Below are positions 1-7,494 of a DNA stretch of 64,000 nt, piece after piece. Source of the stretch: Chitinophagales bacterium (GTDB lineage Bacteria > Bacteroidota > Bacteroidia > Chitinophagales > Chitinophagaceae); contig JAFLBK010000003.1 of the NCBI GenBank assembly GCA_017303335.1, positions 364,291-428,290 of the forward strand, in the 5' to 3' direction. The notes under the pieces are model-generated. The model worked only from the letters and a program-made list of their open reading frames with translations, searched no databases and was not told the DNA's origin. The translations under genes and the position numbers were made by a program. Position 1 is the stretch's first letter; each line of letters begins with the position of its first letter.

Positions 1-342
1 CTTCACATCATCTTCATTGCTCACCCGGGTATCGCCATAGATATGCGGGTGCCGGGCGATGAGTTTTTCGCAAACCCCGTTGATCACTTCGTCGAGGGTA
101 AACTGCTGCTGCTCGGCGCCGATCCGGGCGTAAAAAACCAGGTGAAGCATCAGGTCGCCCAATTCTTCTTTGATCGATTTCCAGTTGCTTTCGGTGATCG
201 CGTCGGCCAGCTCGTAGGTTTCCTCGATGGTAAGCTGCCGCAGTGTATGAATGGTTTGCTTTTTATCCCAGGGGCATTGTTCACGGAGTTCATCCATGAT
301 GGTAACAAGGCGTAGGAAAGCATCTGAACTGGACTGAGACAT
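1..342 (-). CDS. mazG: Nucleoside triphosphate pyrophosphohydrolase MazG, N-terminal part (gene runs off the left window edge)
   Basis: Own minus-strand translation from ATG at 342..340: MSQSSSDAFLRLVTIMDELREQCPWDKKQTIHTLRQLTIEETYELADAI...KEELGDLMLHLVFYARIGAE...VCEKLIARHPHIYGD, a typical MazG pattern. The frame is open to position 1, so it is absent from the ORF track. The listed 43..315 + ORF is its antisense shadow. Confidence 0.8.
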   Translation of the reverse strand, partial: MSQSSSDAFLRLVTIMDELREQCPWDKKQTIHTLRQLTIEETYELADAITESNWKSIKEELGDLMLHLVFYARIGAEQQQFTLDEVINGVCEKLIARHPHIYGDTRVSNEDDVK

Positions 343-348
343 AGTATA

Positions 349-1407
349 TCAGAGTTTAAAGAAGCTGAAGAAAACGAAGAATGTAAAAAGAACGCCTAAT
401 GCCACCATGAATAAAATATTAACCACCAAGAATTTGATGATGGTTTTGAATCTTCGTTGCCGGTAAAAATTACGCATGGACTTATACTGATAGTAGAACA
501 TGCTCAGGTATACAAAAAATATGACCCAGCTGATAATCCGAGTGTGCAACATCCCATTCAGGCTGTCGAGGCAGAAAATAAACAGCAAGGCAATGAAGAT
601 AAAAATGTACAGGTGCAGGCTAAATATGCCATGATTGACGTAATAGAATTCTTTCCTCCGGATATATACCAGCTTTAAAATGAGCGCCAGCAAGGGAAGT
701 GAAATAAAAAGCAATTGCGGCAGGCTGTGCATCAGCAGGTACTTGAAATCCCGGAACGCATCGAGTTTTCTTCCCTTGTAACGTTCATTCAAGTCGATCA
801 TCCTGTACATAAATTTCCGTTCAAACCAATTATCGTGCTTGCCCGCTTTCAGGGCGGAATCGTATGCTGCGCGGCTCTTGAAAGGCGCCTGCATAAGGTT
901 GTTATTGGCCGCAGTTTCGAATGTATCGGAATAGGCCTTGAACTGGGCTCTGGTCATCGGCAGCGCCGGGCGGCCATCTTCCTTGTTGATTCCGGCGGTA
1001 AACGACGCAAAAGAAGCTGAGTCCAGCCCTGCGATTTCAGTAAGGCTCTTGCCATTGATGGTCATGTCGGATTTCACATCAATCCGATCGGATTTGAAAA
1101 AAGTGAAAAACAACAAAAAGAAAAACGCCGACGTGAAGATGTACATCCGGATCGGGTTCACATAACTGGCCCGGCGCCCGATCATGTATTCGGTGGAAAG
1201 AAATCCCGGGCGAAAGACCAGGTATTTGAGCGTGCTGAAGAATTTCCCATCGAAATGGGTAATGTCCTGGAAAAAATGTGTGACCAGGTGCCAGACCGAC
1301 TCTTTGGGCTCAATGTTCTCCTGCCCGCACACATGGCAAAACCGCCCCTGTACTTCTGTCTGGCAATTCAGGCAATTTGTTTCCTTCCGTTCCTTCAACC
1401 GGCTCAT
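349..1407 (-). CDS. DUF3667-like zinc-ribbon membrane protein
   Basis: ORF 349..1479. N-terminal zinc ribbon CLNCQTEVQGRFCHVCGQE is followed by several hydrophobic TM segments. Start moved to the internal ATG at 1407 (MSRLKERKETNCLNC). Stop lies 6 nt upstream of the mazG start. Confidence 0.7.
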   Translation of the reverse strand: MSRLKERKETNCLNCQTEVQGRFCHVCGQENIEPKESVWHLVTHFFQDITHFDGKFFSTLKYLVFRPGFLSTEYMIGRRASYVNPIRMYIFTSAFFFLLFFTFFKSDRIDVKSDMTINGKSLTEIAGLDSASFASFTAGINKEDGRPALPMTRAQFKAYSDTFETAANNNLMQAPFKSRAAYDSALKAGKHDNWFERKFMYRMIDLNERYKGRKLDAFRDFKYLLMHSLPQLLFISLPLLALILKLVYIRRKEFYYVNHGIFSLHLYIFIFIALLFIFCLDSLNGMLHTRIISWVIFFVYLSMFYYQYKSMRNFYRQRRFKTIIKFLVVNILFMVALGVLFTFFVFFSFFKL

Positions 1408-1511
1408 GGAGGTTAATTTTGTTAAAAATAGGAAAGTTTGTGGGTTTAATACAGCAAGAACCGGTTTTGGGTTCTGCAACTTCCATTACTTTTGCGGGGA
1501 AAATTATCCAG

Positions 1512-2342
1512 ATGAAAAGATCGCTCCTTTGCCTGGCTGTATTGTTTGTTGCTCCTGCCATACATGCCCAGTACTATTACACCGATATCCTCAACAACAG
1601 GCAGGCAATGGCCGACCTCGCCAACCTGAAAGAGAAAAAGGTAAAAGGCGTAAAAGTGATTTCCCTGGAAGCAGATGGTACAGAAACCGAAGGCTTTACC
1701 TGCCAGAAAAAGATCAGCCGCGATTACTCCGAAGTAGAGATCTATACCGCCACCAATGAATCGTACCCGAATACCTTTACGTCGTATTACAACGCCGCGG
1801 GTGTATTGCAGCGCACGGTGGATTCTTCCGAAGCCGGGGCTACCACCATCGACTACCTGTACGACGCAGCGGGGCGGGTTGTTTCGGTGAACTCCGTGAA
1901 GAACTTTGCCACCGACGACGATGCGGGTACAGTTTCAGAACAACACATTTACTCCTACAACGCGGCGGGTGTTCCGGTACAGATGATGCAGGTGCGCAAC
2001 CGGAGGGATACCACCCTGTTTGTTTTTGAGGCCGATGAAAGCGGGAACGTGATCATTGAGAAGAATGAGAAGACAGCCGAAGTGTATTATTATTATTACG
2101 ACGAACGCAACCGCATCACCGACATCGTGCATAAGTACAGTTATCAAAAACAACTCTTCACCGAAAACTCTTTTGAATATGACGAGGCAGGGCAACTGGT
2201 GAAAATGGTCAGTTCCGAAAAAGAAGGCGCTTATTATTTCACCTGGCGTTACAATTACGAAGGCGGACTGCGTACCACCGAACGCTGTTACTCCAAGGAA
2301 GGAAGGCTGATGGGATCGGTGGAATATTTGTATAAAAGATAA
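1512..2342 (+). CDS. Small secreted protein with YD/RHS-like repeats
   Basis: ORF 1377..2342, trimmed to ATG 1512 where a signal peptide begins (MKRSLLCLAVLFVAPAIHAQ). Repeated YxYDxxGR-type motifs: YLYDAAGRVVSV, YSYNAAGVPVQM, YYYDERNRITDI, FEYDEAGQLVKM. Confidence 0.6.
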   Translation: MKRSLLCLAVLFVAPAIHAQYYYTDILNNRQAMADLANLKEKKVKGVKVISLEADGTETEGFTCQKKISRDYSEVEIYTATNESYPNTFTSYYNAAGVLQRTVDSSEAGATTIDYLYDAAGRVVSVNSVKNFATDDDAGTVSEQHIYSYNAAGVPVQMMQVRNRRDTTLFVFEADESGNVIIEKNEKTAEVYYYYYDERNRITDIVHKYSYQKQLFTENSFEYDEAGQLVKMVSSEKEGAYYFTWRYNYEGGLRTTERCYSKEGRLMGSVEYLYKR

Positions 2343-2435
2343 CCGGAATAAAGGCTGTTTGCCGCTGGATGAATAGTCAATCAGCACTCCTCAATATTCG
2401 ATTTTCCGGGCGACCGTCGTTATCATTTCCCCAAC

Positions 2436-2457
2436 AAAAAAGCCGCTGTAAAGCGGC
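2436..2457 (-). terminator. Intrinsic terminator after tRNA-Leu(TAA)
   Basis: Hairpin gccgct/agcggc (2442..2457), followed on the minus strand by a T-run (A-run 2436..2441 on plus). Confidence 0.75.
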
Positions 2458-2460
2458 CTG

Positions 2461-2546
2461 TACTCGGGATGGGAGTTGAACCCACACTCGCATTGCTGCG
2501 AACAGGATTTTAAGTCCTGCGTGTCTACCAGTTCCACCACCCGAGT
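2461..2546 (-). tRNA. tRNA-Leu (anticodon TAA), type II with long variable arm
   Basis: Reverse complement ACTCGGGTGGTGGAACTGGTAGACACGCAGGACTTAAAATCCTGTTCGCAGCAATGCGAGTGTGGGTTCAACTCCCATCCCGAGTA folds as a cloverleaf. Acceptor ACTCGGG/CCCGAGT, anticodon loop CTTAAAA, T-loop GGTTCAACTCC. No encoded CCA. Confidence 0.9.
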
Positions 2547-2561
2547 AGTTGACTGGTACCG

Positions 2562-2586
2562 AAAAAAAATCCCGGAAGACCGGGAC
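2562..2586 (-). terminator. Terminator-like hairpin plus T8 run in the 48-nt spacer between the two tRNAs
   Basis: Minus strand reads tcccggtcttccggga followed by tttttttt (A-run 2562..2569 on plus). Confidence 0.5.
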
Positions 2587-2594
2587 TTGTGTTT

Positions 2595-2670
<76 letters not shown>

Positions 2671-2725
2671 TTGTGAATATGTATAAAGAACTTACTTATT
2701 CTGTTCCCCGTTGCTGTTGGGGGTG

Positions 2726-2733
2726 CAAAAATA
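2726..2733 (-). promoter_or_regulatory. Bacteroidota-type -7 box (TATTTTTG) upstream of the tRNA-Gly/tRNA-Leu pair
   Basis: Exact TAnnTTTG match on the minus strand within cttatttttgcac, 56 nt upstream of the tRNA-Gly 5' end. The same 13-mer recurs at 2980..2992. Confidence 0.35.
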
Positions 2734-2759
2734 AGCCTTAAGCTGTTACAACAAAAATT

Positions 2760-2963
2760 TTATTTGTAAACCGGGTTGTATTGGGTGCTGCTGGGCACTT
2801 CTACTTTCGGATGTCCTTTGTACCGGTGTGTATACAGGTTATAACAACCACCCAAAACAAAAGCCACTACCAGGAATACCTGGCAGAACCAGAGGAAACG
2901 GGATGTGGATACCCAGTTGTGTGTAAAATCCTTATGCCTTGTGTCGATGATTTCCTGACTCAT
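2760..2963 (-). CDS. Hypothetical small membrane protein (67 aa, one TM segment)
   Basis: ORF-track entry. Hydrophobic stretch FLWFCQVFLVVAFVLGGCY. Own TAnnTTTG box about 21 nt upstream. No homology recognised. Confidence 0.45.
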   Translation of the reverse strand: MSQEIIDTRHKDFTHNWVSTSRFLWFCQVFLVVAFVLGGCYNLYTHRYKGHPKVEVPSSTQYNPVYK

Positions 2964-2983
2964 TGTAATAAAAATTTGCTGTG

Positions 2984-2991
2984 CAAAAATA
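2984..2991 (-). promoter_or_regulatory. -7 box (TATTTTTG) upstream of the 67-aa ORF
   Basis: Exact TAnnTTTG on the minus strand within cttatttttgcac. Confidence 0.35.
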
Positions 2992-3012
2992 AGGGCTGTC
3001 CATTAAAAAAAC

Positions 3013-4038
3013 TTATTTGCCGCCCACAATTTCTGAAAAGGTCTTTTTCTTCTGTACAAAATGCGCCCAGACAACCGAGCCGGCATACCAGCCTCCGGGC
3101 TTTCCTCCTCTCCGCGCCGGAAAAACCGATTGACCCTGCCTGCCCAGCAGCCAACCGGCAAACTGCAGATGCGCTTTCAGGATCGCGATAAAATACCCGC
3201 TGTCTCCGCTCACTAACCCACGCCAGGCCGCCACCGCATCCAGCAGGATGCGGAAGGGCAGTTTCCATACGAGTTCTGTAAAGGACGAATTCTTCACCAG
3301 CATAACAAGATTGTTCCGGAAATTGAGCAGGGTTTTCCGGCTGTTGCCTCTTGGCAGGGTTCCACCACCCACATGATACACCACCGACGCCGGTTCAACA
3401 TATACCTTATAGCCGGCCAGTTGCATGCGCCAGCACAGATCGATCTCTTCCTGGTGGGCGAAGAAATATTCATCAAAGCCTTTCATTTCATGAAAAACAT
3501 CACTGCGGACAAAAAAAGCGGCGCCACTGGCCCAGAAGCAGGGGGCGGCATCATTGTACTGTCCGTTATCCTTTTCGCATTCATCAAATACCCGGCCCCG
3601 TGAAAACGGATAACCAAGCTGATCGAGCCAGCCCCCGCAGGCGCCGGCAAACTCGAACTTGTTTTTATCGGCGAAGGCCAGCAATTTGGGCTGGCAGGCG
3701 GCGATACTTTTATTCTGCTCCATGCGGGCTATCACCGGTTCGATCCATCCCGGTGTTACTTCCACATCGCTGTTCAGCAACACATAGTAATCGGATCGTA
3801 CCTGCTTCAAAGCCGTATTGTATCCTTTCGCAAAACCTTCGTTGGTAGGATTCCGGATGATTCCGATCGATGGATACCGTTCCTGCAGAAACAAAAGACT
3901 GTCGTCGGTGGATGCGTTATCCGCCACGATGACCTGCTTGTTGGCATAGGTGGATGCCACTACCGAAGGAAGGAACCGCTCCAGGAAACCCTTCCCGTTC
4001 CAGTTCAAAATAACGATGGCTACTGATGGTTGTGTCAT
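3013..4038 (-). CDS. Glycosyltransferase family 2
   Basis: ORF 3013..4068, start set to ATG 4038 (MTQPSVAIVILNWNGKGFL). Motifs VADNASTDDS, LLNSDVEV (DxD-like) and FFAHQEEIDLCWR are typical of GT2 rhamnosyltransferase-like enzymes. Confidence 0.85.
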   Translation of the reverse strand: MTQPSVAIVILNWNGKGFLERFLPSVVASTYANKQVIVADNASTDDSLLFLQERYPSIGIIRNPTNEGFAKGYNTALKQVRSDYYVLLNSDVEVTPGWIEPVIARMEQNKSIAACQPKLLAFADKNKFEFAGACGGWLDQLGYPFSRGRVFDECEKDNGQYNDAAPCFWASGAAFFVRSDVFHEMKGFDEYFFAHQEEIDLCWRMQLAGYKVYVEPASVVYHVGGGTLPRGNSRKTLLNFRNNLVMLVKNSSFTELVWKLPFRILLDAVAAWRGLVSGDSGYFIAILKAHLQFAGWLLGRQGQSVFPARRGGKPGGWYAGSVVWAHFVQKKKTFSEIVGGK

Positions 4039-4068
4039 GCTCAATTCGCTCCGGCTATGCACAAACAT

Positions 4069-4117
4069 ACTTATAACTTATAACTTCCTACTCCTGACTT
4101 ATTGCTTATTTTTACTC
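4069..4117 (+). repeat. Degenerate tandem heptamer array (7 x 7 nt) ending 1 nt before the kinase start codon
   Basis: Read directly: acttata|acttata|acttcct|actcctg|acttatt|gcttatt|tttactc, then a + ATG(4119). Confidence 0.85.
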
Positions 4118-4118
4118 A

Positions 4119-5273
4119 ATGTTTACGCAACTGTTCAACTGGCGCACCGGACTGGCACTGCTTGCCATTGGCATCGTTACGGGTACCATATTCTATTCGC
4201 AGTATATCGCCCGGAAAATTGCGGCCGATGAACGAAAAAAAGTGAACGTATGGGTGCAATCGCTCAAAACCCGGGCAACCACCACGGATGCATCGGCGCT
4301 CACCCTCACCAACATGATCACTTCCGAGAATACCGATATCCCCATCATAGAAACCGACGAAAAAGACAATCCCTCCAACGCTGCGCTGAACCTGGATACC
4401 ACGCTCATCAAATCCGATTCAACCTATCTCCGTAAAAAGGTGGAGGAATTCAAAAAAGAGAATGATCCGCTGCTCGTGGAGATCAGTAAAGATCCGCTCA
4501 TTATCAATAAATATTATTACGGGGATTCCAACCTGCTCAAGGAAGTGCGTTACTACCCCATCATCCAGCTGGTGATCGTAGCGCTCTTCATCATCATCAC
4601 CCTCGTGACCATATCCACCCGCAATAAATCCACGCAGAACCAGGTTTGGGCCGGCATGGCCAAGGAAACAGCTCACCAGCTCGGCACGCCGCTTACCTCC
4701 CTCCAGGGCTGGGTGGAGATGCTGAAGGAAATGCCGGGTATGGAAAAGATCGTTCCCGAAATGACCAAGGACGTTGACCGGCTGAAACTGGTGAGCGACC
4801 GTTTCGGCAAGATCGGCAGCACACCCCAGCTGGAAGAGATGAATGTGGTGATACAGGTGGAAAATATGATGAACTACATCAAACGGCGGGCTACCGATAA
4901 GGTGAGTTTCAGCCTGGATACCGGCGGCGAAACCGAGATCAAAGCGCTCATGAACGGGCCGCTGTTCGACTGGGTGGTGGAAAACCTGCTTAAGAACGCC
5001 CTCGACGCCATGGAAGGAAAAGGAAGTCTGCAGATACGTATCTGCAATGAAACCACCAAGGTGATCGTGGATGTTACCGACAGCGGGAAGGGCATCAGCA
5101 AACAAAATATTTCCAACGTGTTCAAGCCGGGATTTACCACCAAAAAACGCGGCTGGGGGCTTGGATTAACGCTCAGTAAACGCATCATGGAGCAATACCA
5201 CAAGGGCGAGCTTTTCGTCAAACATTCCGAACCCGGAAAAGGAACCACATTCAGAGTTGTGTTGAATAAATAA
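4119..5273 (+). CDS. Sensor histidine kinase (HisKA + HATPase_c), no adjacent response regulator
   Basis: H-box ETAHQLGTPLTSLQGW. ATPase boxes NLLKNALDA, DSGKGI, GWGLGL. Two hydrophobic segments in the N-terminal half. Confidence 0.9.
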   Translation: MFTQLFNWRTGLALLAIGIVTGTIFYSQYIARKIAADERKKVNVWVQSLKTRATTTDASALTLTNMITSENTDIPIIETDEKDNPSNAALNLDTTLIKSDSTYLRKKVEEFKKENDPLLVEISKDPLIINKYYYGDSNLLKEVRYYPIIQLVIVALFIIITLVTISTRNKSTQNQVWAGMAKETAHQLGTPLTSLQGWVEMLKEMPGMEKIVPEMTKDVDRLKLVSDRFGKIGSTPQLEEMNVVIQVENMMNYIKRRATDKVSFSLDTGGETEIKALMNGPLFDWVVENLLKNALDAMEGKGSLQIRICNETTKVIVDVTDSGKGISKQNISNVFKPGFTTKKRGWGLGLTLSKRIMEQYHKGELFVKHSEPGKGTTFRVVLNK

Positions 5274-5279
5274 TCGCCG

Positions 5280-5287
5280 TACATTTG
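5280..5287 (+). promoter_or_regulatory. -7 box (TACATTTG) upstream of tRNA-Leu(GAG)
   Basis: Exact TAnnTTTG ending 10 nt before the tRNA 5' end. Confidence 0.45.
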
Positions 5288-5296
5288 CACCCTCAA

Positions 5297-5380
5297 GCCC
5301 GGGTGGCGAAATTGGTAGACGCACCACCTTGAGGTGGTGGCGCTGGAAACGGCGTGCTGGTTCGAATCCAGTCTCGGGCA
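5297..5380 (+). tRNA. tRNA-Leu (anticodon GAG), type II
   Basis: GCCCGGGTGGCGAAATTGGTAGACGCACCACCTTGAGGTGGTGGCGCTGGAAACGGCGTGCTGGTTCGAATCCAGTCTCGGGCA. Acceptor GCCCGGG/CTCGGGC (one G-U pair), anticodon stem CCACC/GGTGG with loop TTGAGGT, T-loop GGTTCGAATCC. Confidence 0.92.
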
Positions 5381-5385
5381 CAAAG

Positions 5386-5412
5386 CCTCTCACTATGTGA
5401 GGGGCATTTTTA
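5386..5412 (+). terminator. Intrinsic terminator after tRNA-Leu(GAG)
   Basis: Hairpin cctctcac-tat-gtgagggg followed by cattttta. Confidence 0.7.
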
Positions 5413-5521
5413 TTTGGAAGCGTTGGGAACCTGTTCCCAAAAGCGGACAAATGAAAATGGCCGCCCCGATGTATCGGGGCTATGGCTTTGGGTAAGTCCA
5501 ACTCAGGAGATCACCGGAGGT

Positions 5522-5538
5522 AATCCAGTCTCGGGCAC
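5522..5538 (+). repeat. Direct repeat of the last 17 nt of tRNA-Leu(GAG) (att-like fragment)
   Basis: aatccagtctcgggcac at 5522..5538 is identical to 5365..5381. There is no cloverleaf upstream of the second copy. Confidence 0.85.
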
Positions 5539-5541
5539 GGG

Positions 5542-5570
5542 GCCTCTCTCACGAGAGGCTTTTTTATTTT
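5542..5570 (+). terminator. Orphan intrinsic terminator following the tRNA-fragment repeat
   Basis: Hairpin gcctctc-tcac-gagaggc followed by ttttttatttt. It resembles the terminator at 5386..5412. Confidence 0.7.
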
Positions 5571-5594
5571 GCCTATCTTGTAAAAAAATTGAGA

Positions 5595-6749
5595 ATGGGT
5601 CCCGAGATCAAATGTCCGAACTGCGGCCACCAGTTTGAGCTGAATGAAAGCCTCAAAGGCGAGGTGGAGAAAGAACTGCGTGGCAAAATGCTCGACTGGC
5701 AAAAAAAGAAGGAAGAAGAATTCGAAAAACAAAAGAAATCGATAGAAGCCGATGCGCAGAAAAGAGCCGGCGAAGAACTCAGCGCCAAACTGAAGGTATT
5801 GGAGGAGGATGCACGGGTGAAATCGCAGCAACTGCAGGACATGCAGAAAAAAGAACTCGAACTGCTGCGGGATAAATCGGCCCTGGAGGAAAAACAAAAG
5901 AACTTTGAACTGGAACTCGAAAAACGCTTTTTGGAAAAGCGGAAAGAAATCGAAGACAGCACCATCAAGCGGGAACAGGAATTGTTCGACCTGAAGATGA
6001 AAGAAAAGGATGTTCAGCTGGAAGGCATGAAGAAAACCATAGATGATTTAAAACGGAGGAGTGAACAAGGAAGCATGCAAACACAAGGTGAAGCACAGGA
6101 ATTATTATTGGAAGGCATACTGAAAGAAAATTTTCCCTTCGACCTCATCGAAGAAGTGGGCAAGGGCGTGGAAGGCGCCGATTGCATCCAGACCATCCGC
6201 AACAACAGCGGTACGGCCTGCGGCAAGATCATCTACGAAAGCAAACGCACCAAGGCCTGGAGCAATAACTGGATCGACAAACTGAAATCCGACAAGCGCA
6301 ACACCGGCGCCGATATGGCCATCCTCGTTACCCAGGCATTCCCCAAAGACATGGACCGTTTCGGCGAGAAAGACGGCATCTGGGTTTGTGGTTTCAACGA
6401 AGTGAGCGGACTGGCGCATGCCCTGCGCAGCGGCATCATCAAGATCTACGAAGCGCAGAGGGCCCAGGAAGGCAAGGGCGACAAGATGCAGATGCTTTAC
6501 GATTACCTTACCGGCAACGAATTCCGCGGGCAGGTGGAAGCCATCGTGGAAGGTTTCATGGCCATGAAGAACAGCATCAGCCGGGAACGCATCCAGATGG
6601 AAAAAATGTGGAAGGAACGGGAGAAACAACTCGAAAAAGTATTGCTCAGCACCAGCGGCATGTATGGGTCGGTAAAAGGCATCGCCGGCGCTTCGGTGGC
6701 AGATATCCCTTTACTCGACGGCGGCGATGAGGAAACGAACGGTCAGTGA
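5595..6749 (+). CDS. DUF2130-like protein (N-terminal zinc ribbon, long coiled coil, C-terminal nuclease-like domain)
   Basis: ORF 5589..6749 (TTG), with ATG at 5595. IKCPNCGHQFELNE zinc ribbon, about 170 aa of E/K-rich heptad-like sequence, then a globular C-terminus (GADCIQTI...IIYESKRTKAWSNNWIDKLK). Confidence 0.7.
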   Translation: MGPEIKCPNCGHQFELNESLKGEVEKELRGKMLDWQKKKEEEFEKQKKSIEADAQKRAGEELSAKLKVLEEDARVKSQQLQDMQKKELELLRDKSALEEKQKNFELELEKRFLEKRKEIEDSTIKREQELFDLKMKEKDVQLEGMKKTIDDLKRRSEQGSMQTQGEAQELLLEGILKENFPFDLIEEVGKGVEGADCIQTIRNNSGTACGKIIYESKRTKAWSNNWIDKLKSDKRNTGADMAILVTQAFPKDMDRFGEKDGIWVCGFNEVSGLAHALRSGIIKIYEAQRAQEGKGDKMQMLYDYLTGNEFRGQVEAIVEGFMAMKNSISRERIQMEKMWKEREKQLEKVLLSTSGMYGSVKGIAGASVADIPLLDGGDEETNGQ

Positions 6750-7369
6750 CCGGTAAGCACCCAGCTCAGGAAATTATCGTTGAACGAAAGATAGTGGATG
6801 TGCAGGAGGGTTTCGTTTTTGAAACGTATGGCAACACGCCCCTCTGTGGCGTCGCCGGTGATCGATTGCAATACCATCCCCCGCTTGAAATCGACCGAAC
6901 CCCTTCCCCACCATTTAAAAACAGATTCTTTCACACTCCAGCAAAGGGTGAGACCATAAACCGTATCCATGGGGCATTGTTCGTGCAATAACTTCATCTC
7001 GGCCTCGCTCAGGAACTTTTTACGCAACACGTCGATCTTCGGGTTCACCCGTTCCACATCCACCCCTACCCGGTAATGCCGGCTCACGATCGCCGCGGCA
7101 TAATCGCCGCAATGCGAGATAGAAAAATGATACGGCTCATTCTCGAGATAGGGTTTCTTGGTATCCGCGATGCGGATCAGCTCTACCGGGAAACCGGGCA
7201 CCAGTTCTTTCAGCAGCAGTCGCCCCGCCAAGTGCTGCAGGCGCTTGTGCGGATGACTGATCTGTTTTTGCAGGGGAACCTGTTCCAGGAAAAAGGACTC
7301 CGGTTCGGCGATATGCCAGACCGCCATCCAGGTATTCTCGTTGATATTTTGTTGATAAACCAGCGGCAA
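6743..7369 (-). CDS. 4'-phosphopantetheinyl transferase (Sfp-type)
   Basis: Motifs FSISHCGDYAAAIV, VGVDVERV, WSVKESVFKWWG are typical of the PPTase superfamily. Its 3' end overlaps the convergent DUF2130 gene by 7 nt. Confidence 0.8.
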   Translation of the reverse strand: MPLVYQQNINENTWMAVWHIAEPESFFLEQVPLQKQISHPHKRLQHLAGRLLLKELVPGFPVELIRIADTKKPYLENEPYHFSISHCGDYAAAIVSRHYRVGVDVERVNPKIDVLRKKFLSEAEMKLLHEQCPMDTVYGLTLCWSVKESVFKWWGRGSVDFKRGMVLQSITGDATEGRVAIRFKNETLLHIHYLSFNDNFLSWVLTGH

Positions 7370-7383
7370 CGGCTGAATTAAAA

Positions 7384-7411
7384 AATTAAGAATTAAAATT
7401 GAAAATTTAGT
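7384..7411. repeat. AT-rich tandem heptamers (4 units) in the divergent PPTase/dcd region
   Basis: aattaag|aattaaa|attgaaa|atttagt read directly. Confidence 0.75.
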
Positions 7412-7460
7412 TTTACAAAGTACGGATAAAGCAGGTATTAAATAATGCTTCTTTCATCAT

Positions 7461-7492
7461 CAAATCGCCAAATTGTCAAATCACCGAATCAA
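7461..7492 (+). repeat. Degenerate tandem octamer array (4 x 8 nt, CAAAT words) ending 2 nt before the dcd start
   Basis: caaatcgc|caaattgt|caaatcac|cgaatcaa, then cc + ATG(7495). About 75 percent identical to the sense-strand array upstream of mutS (reverse complement of 20910..20941). Confidence 0.85.
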
Positions 7493-7494
7493 CC

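Noticed and set aside
43-315. 90-aa + strand ORF at the left edge
   Set aside because: It is the antisense shadow of the minus-strand MazG reading frame. That frame gives a clean MazG-like translation from ATG 342 to the window edge.
1377-1511. N-terminal extensions of ORF-track entries (also 10224..10418, 15119..15166, 18150..18200, 37577..37660, 62416..62505, 8013..8048)
   Set aside because: The extensions lack protein-like sequence, overlap neighbouring genes or promoter boxes, and precede obvious signal peptides or conserved N-termini at internal ATGs.
2781-3268. 136-aa + and 102-aa minus-strand ORFs overlapping the 3' end of the GT2 gene
   Set aside because: They overlap a well-supported GT2 gene and the small membrane ORF. 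Their translations are Arg/Pro/Ala-rich without motifs.
5381-5541. A second (pseudo-)tRNA between the two copies of the tRNA-Leu 3' end
   Set aside because: Only the last 17 nt match the tRNA. The upstream sequence has no D-arm, anticodon arm or T-arm complementarity.
5511-5968. Minus-strand ORFs of 128 and 131 aa rich in F/S/L repeats
   Set aside because: They mirror the E/K-rich coiled-coil coding region of the DUF2130 gene and are a pure low-complexity antisense artefact.
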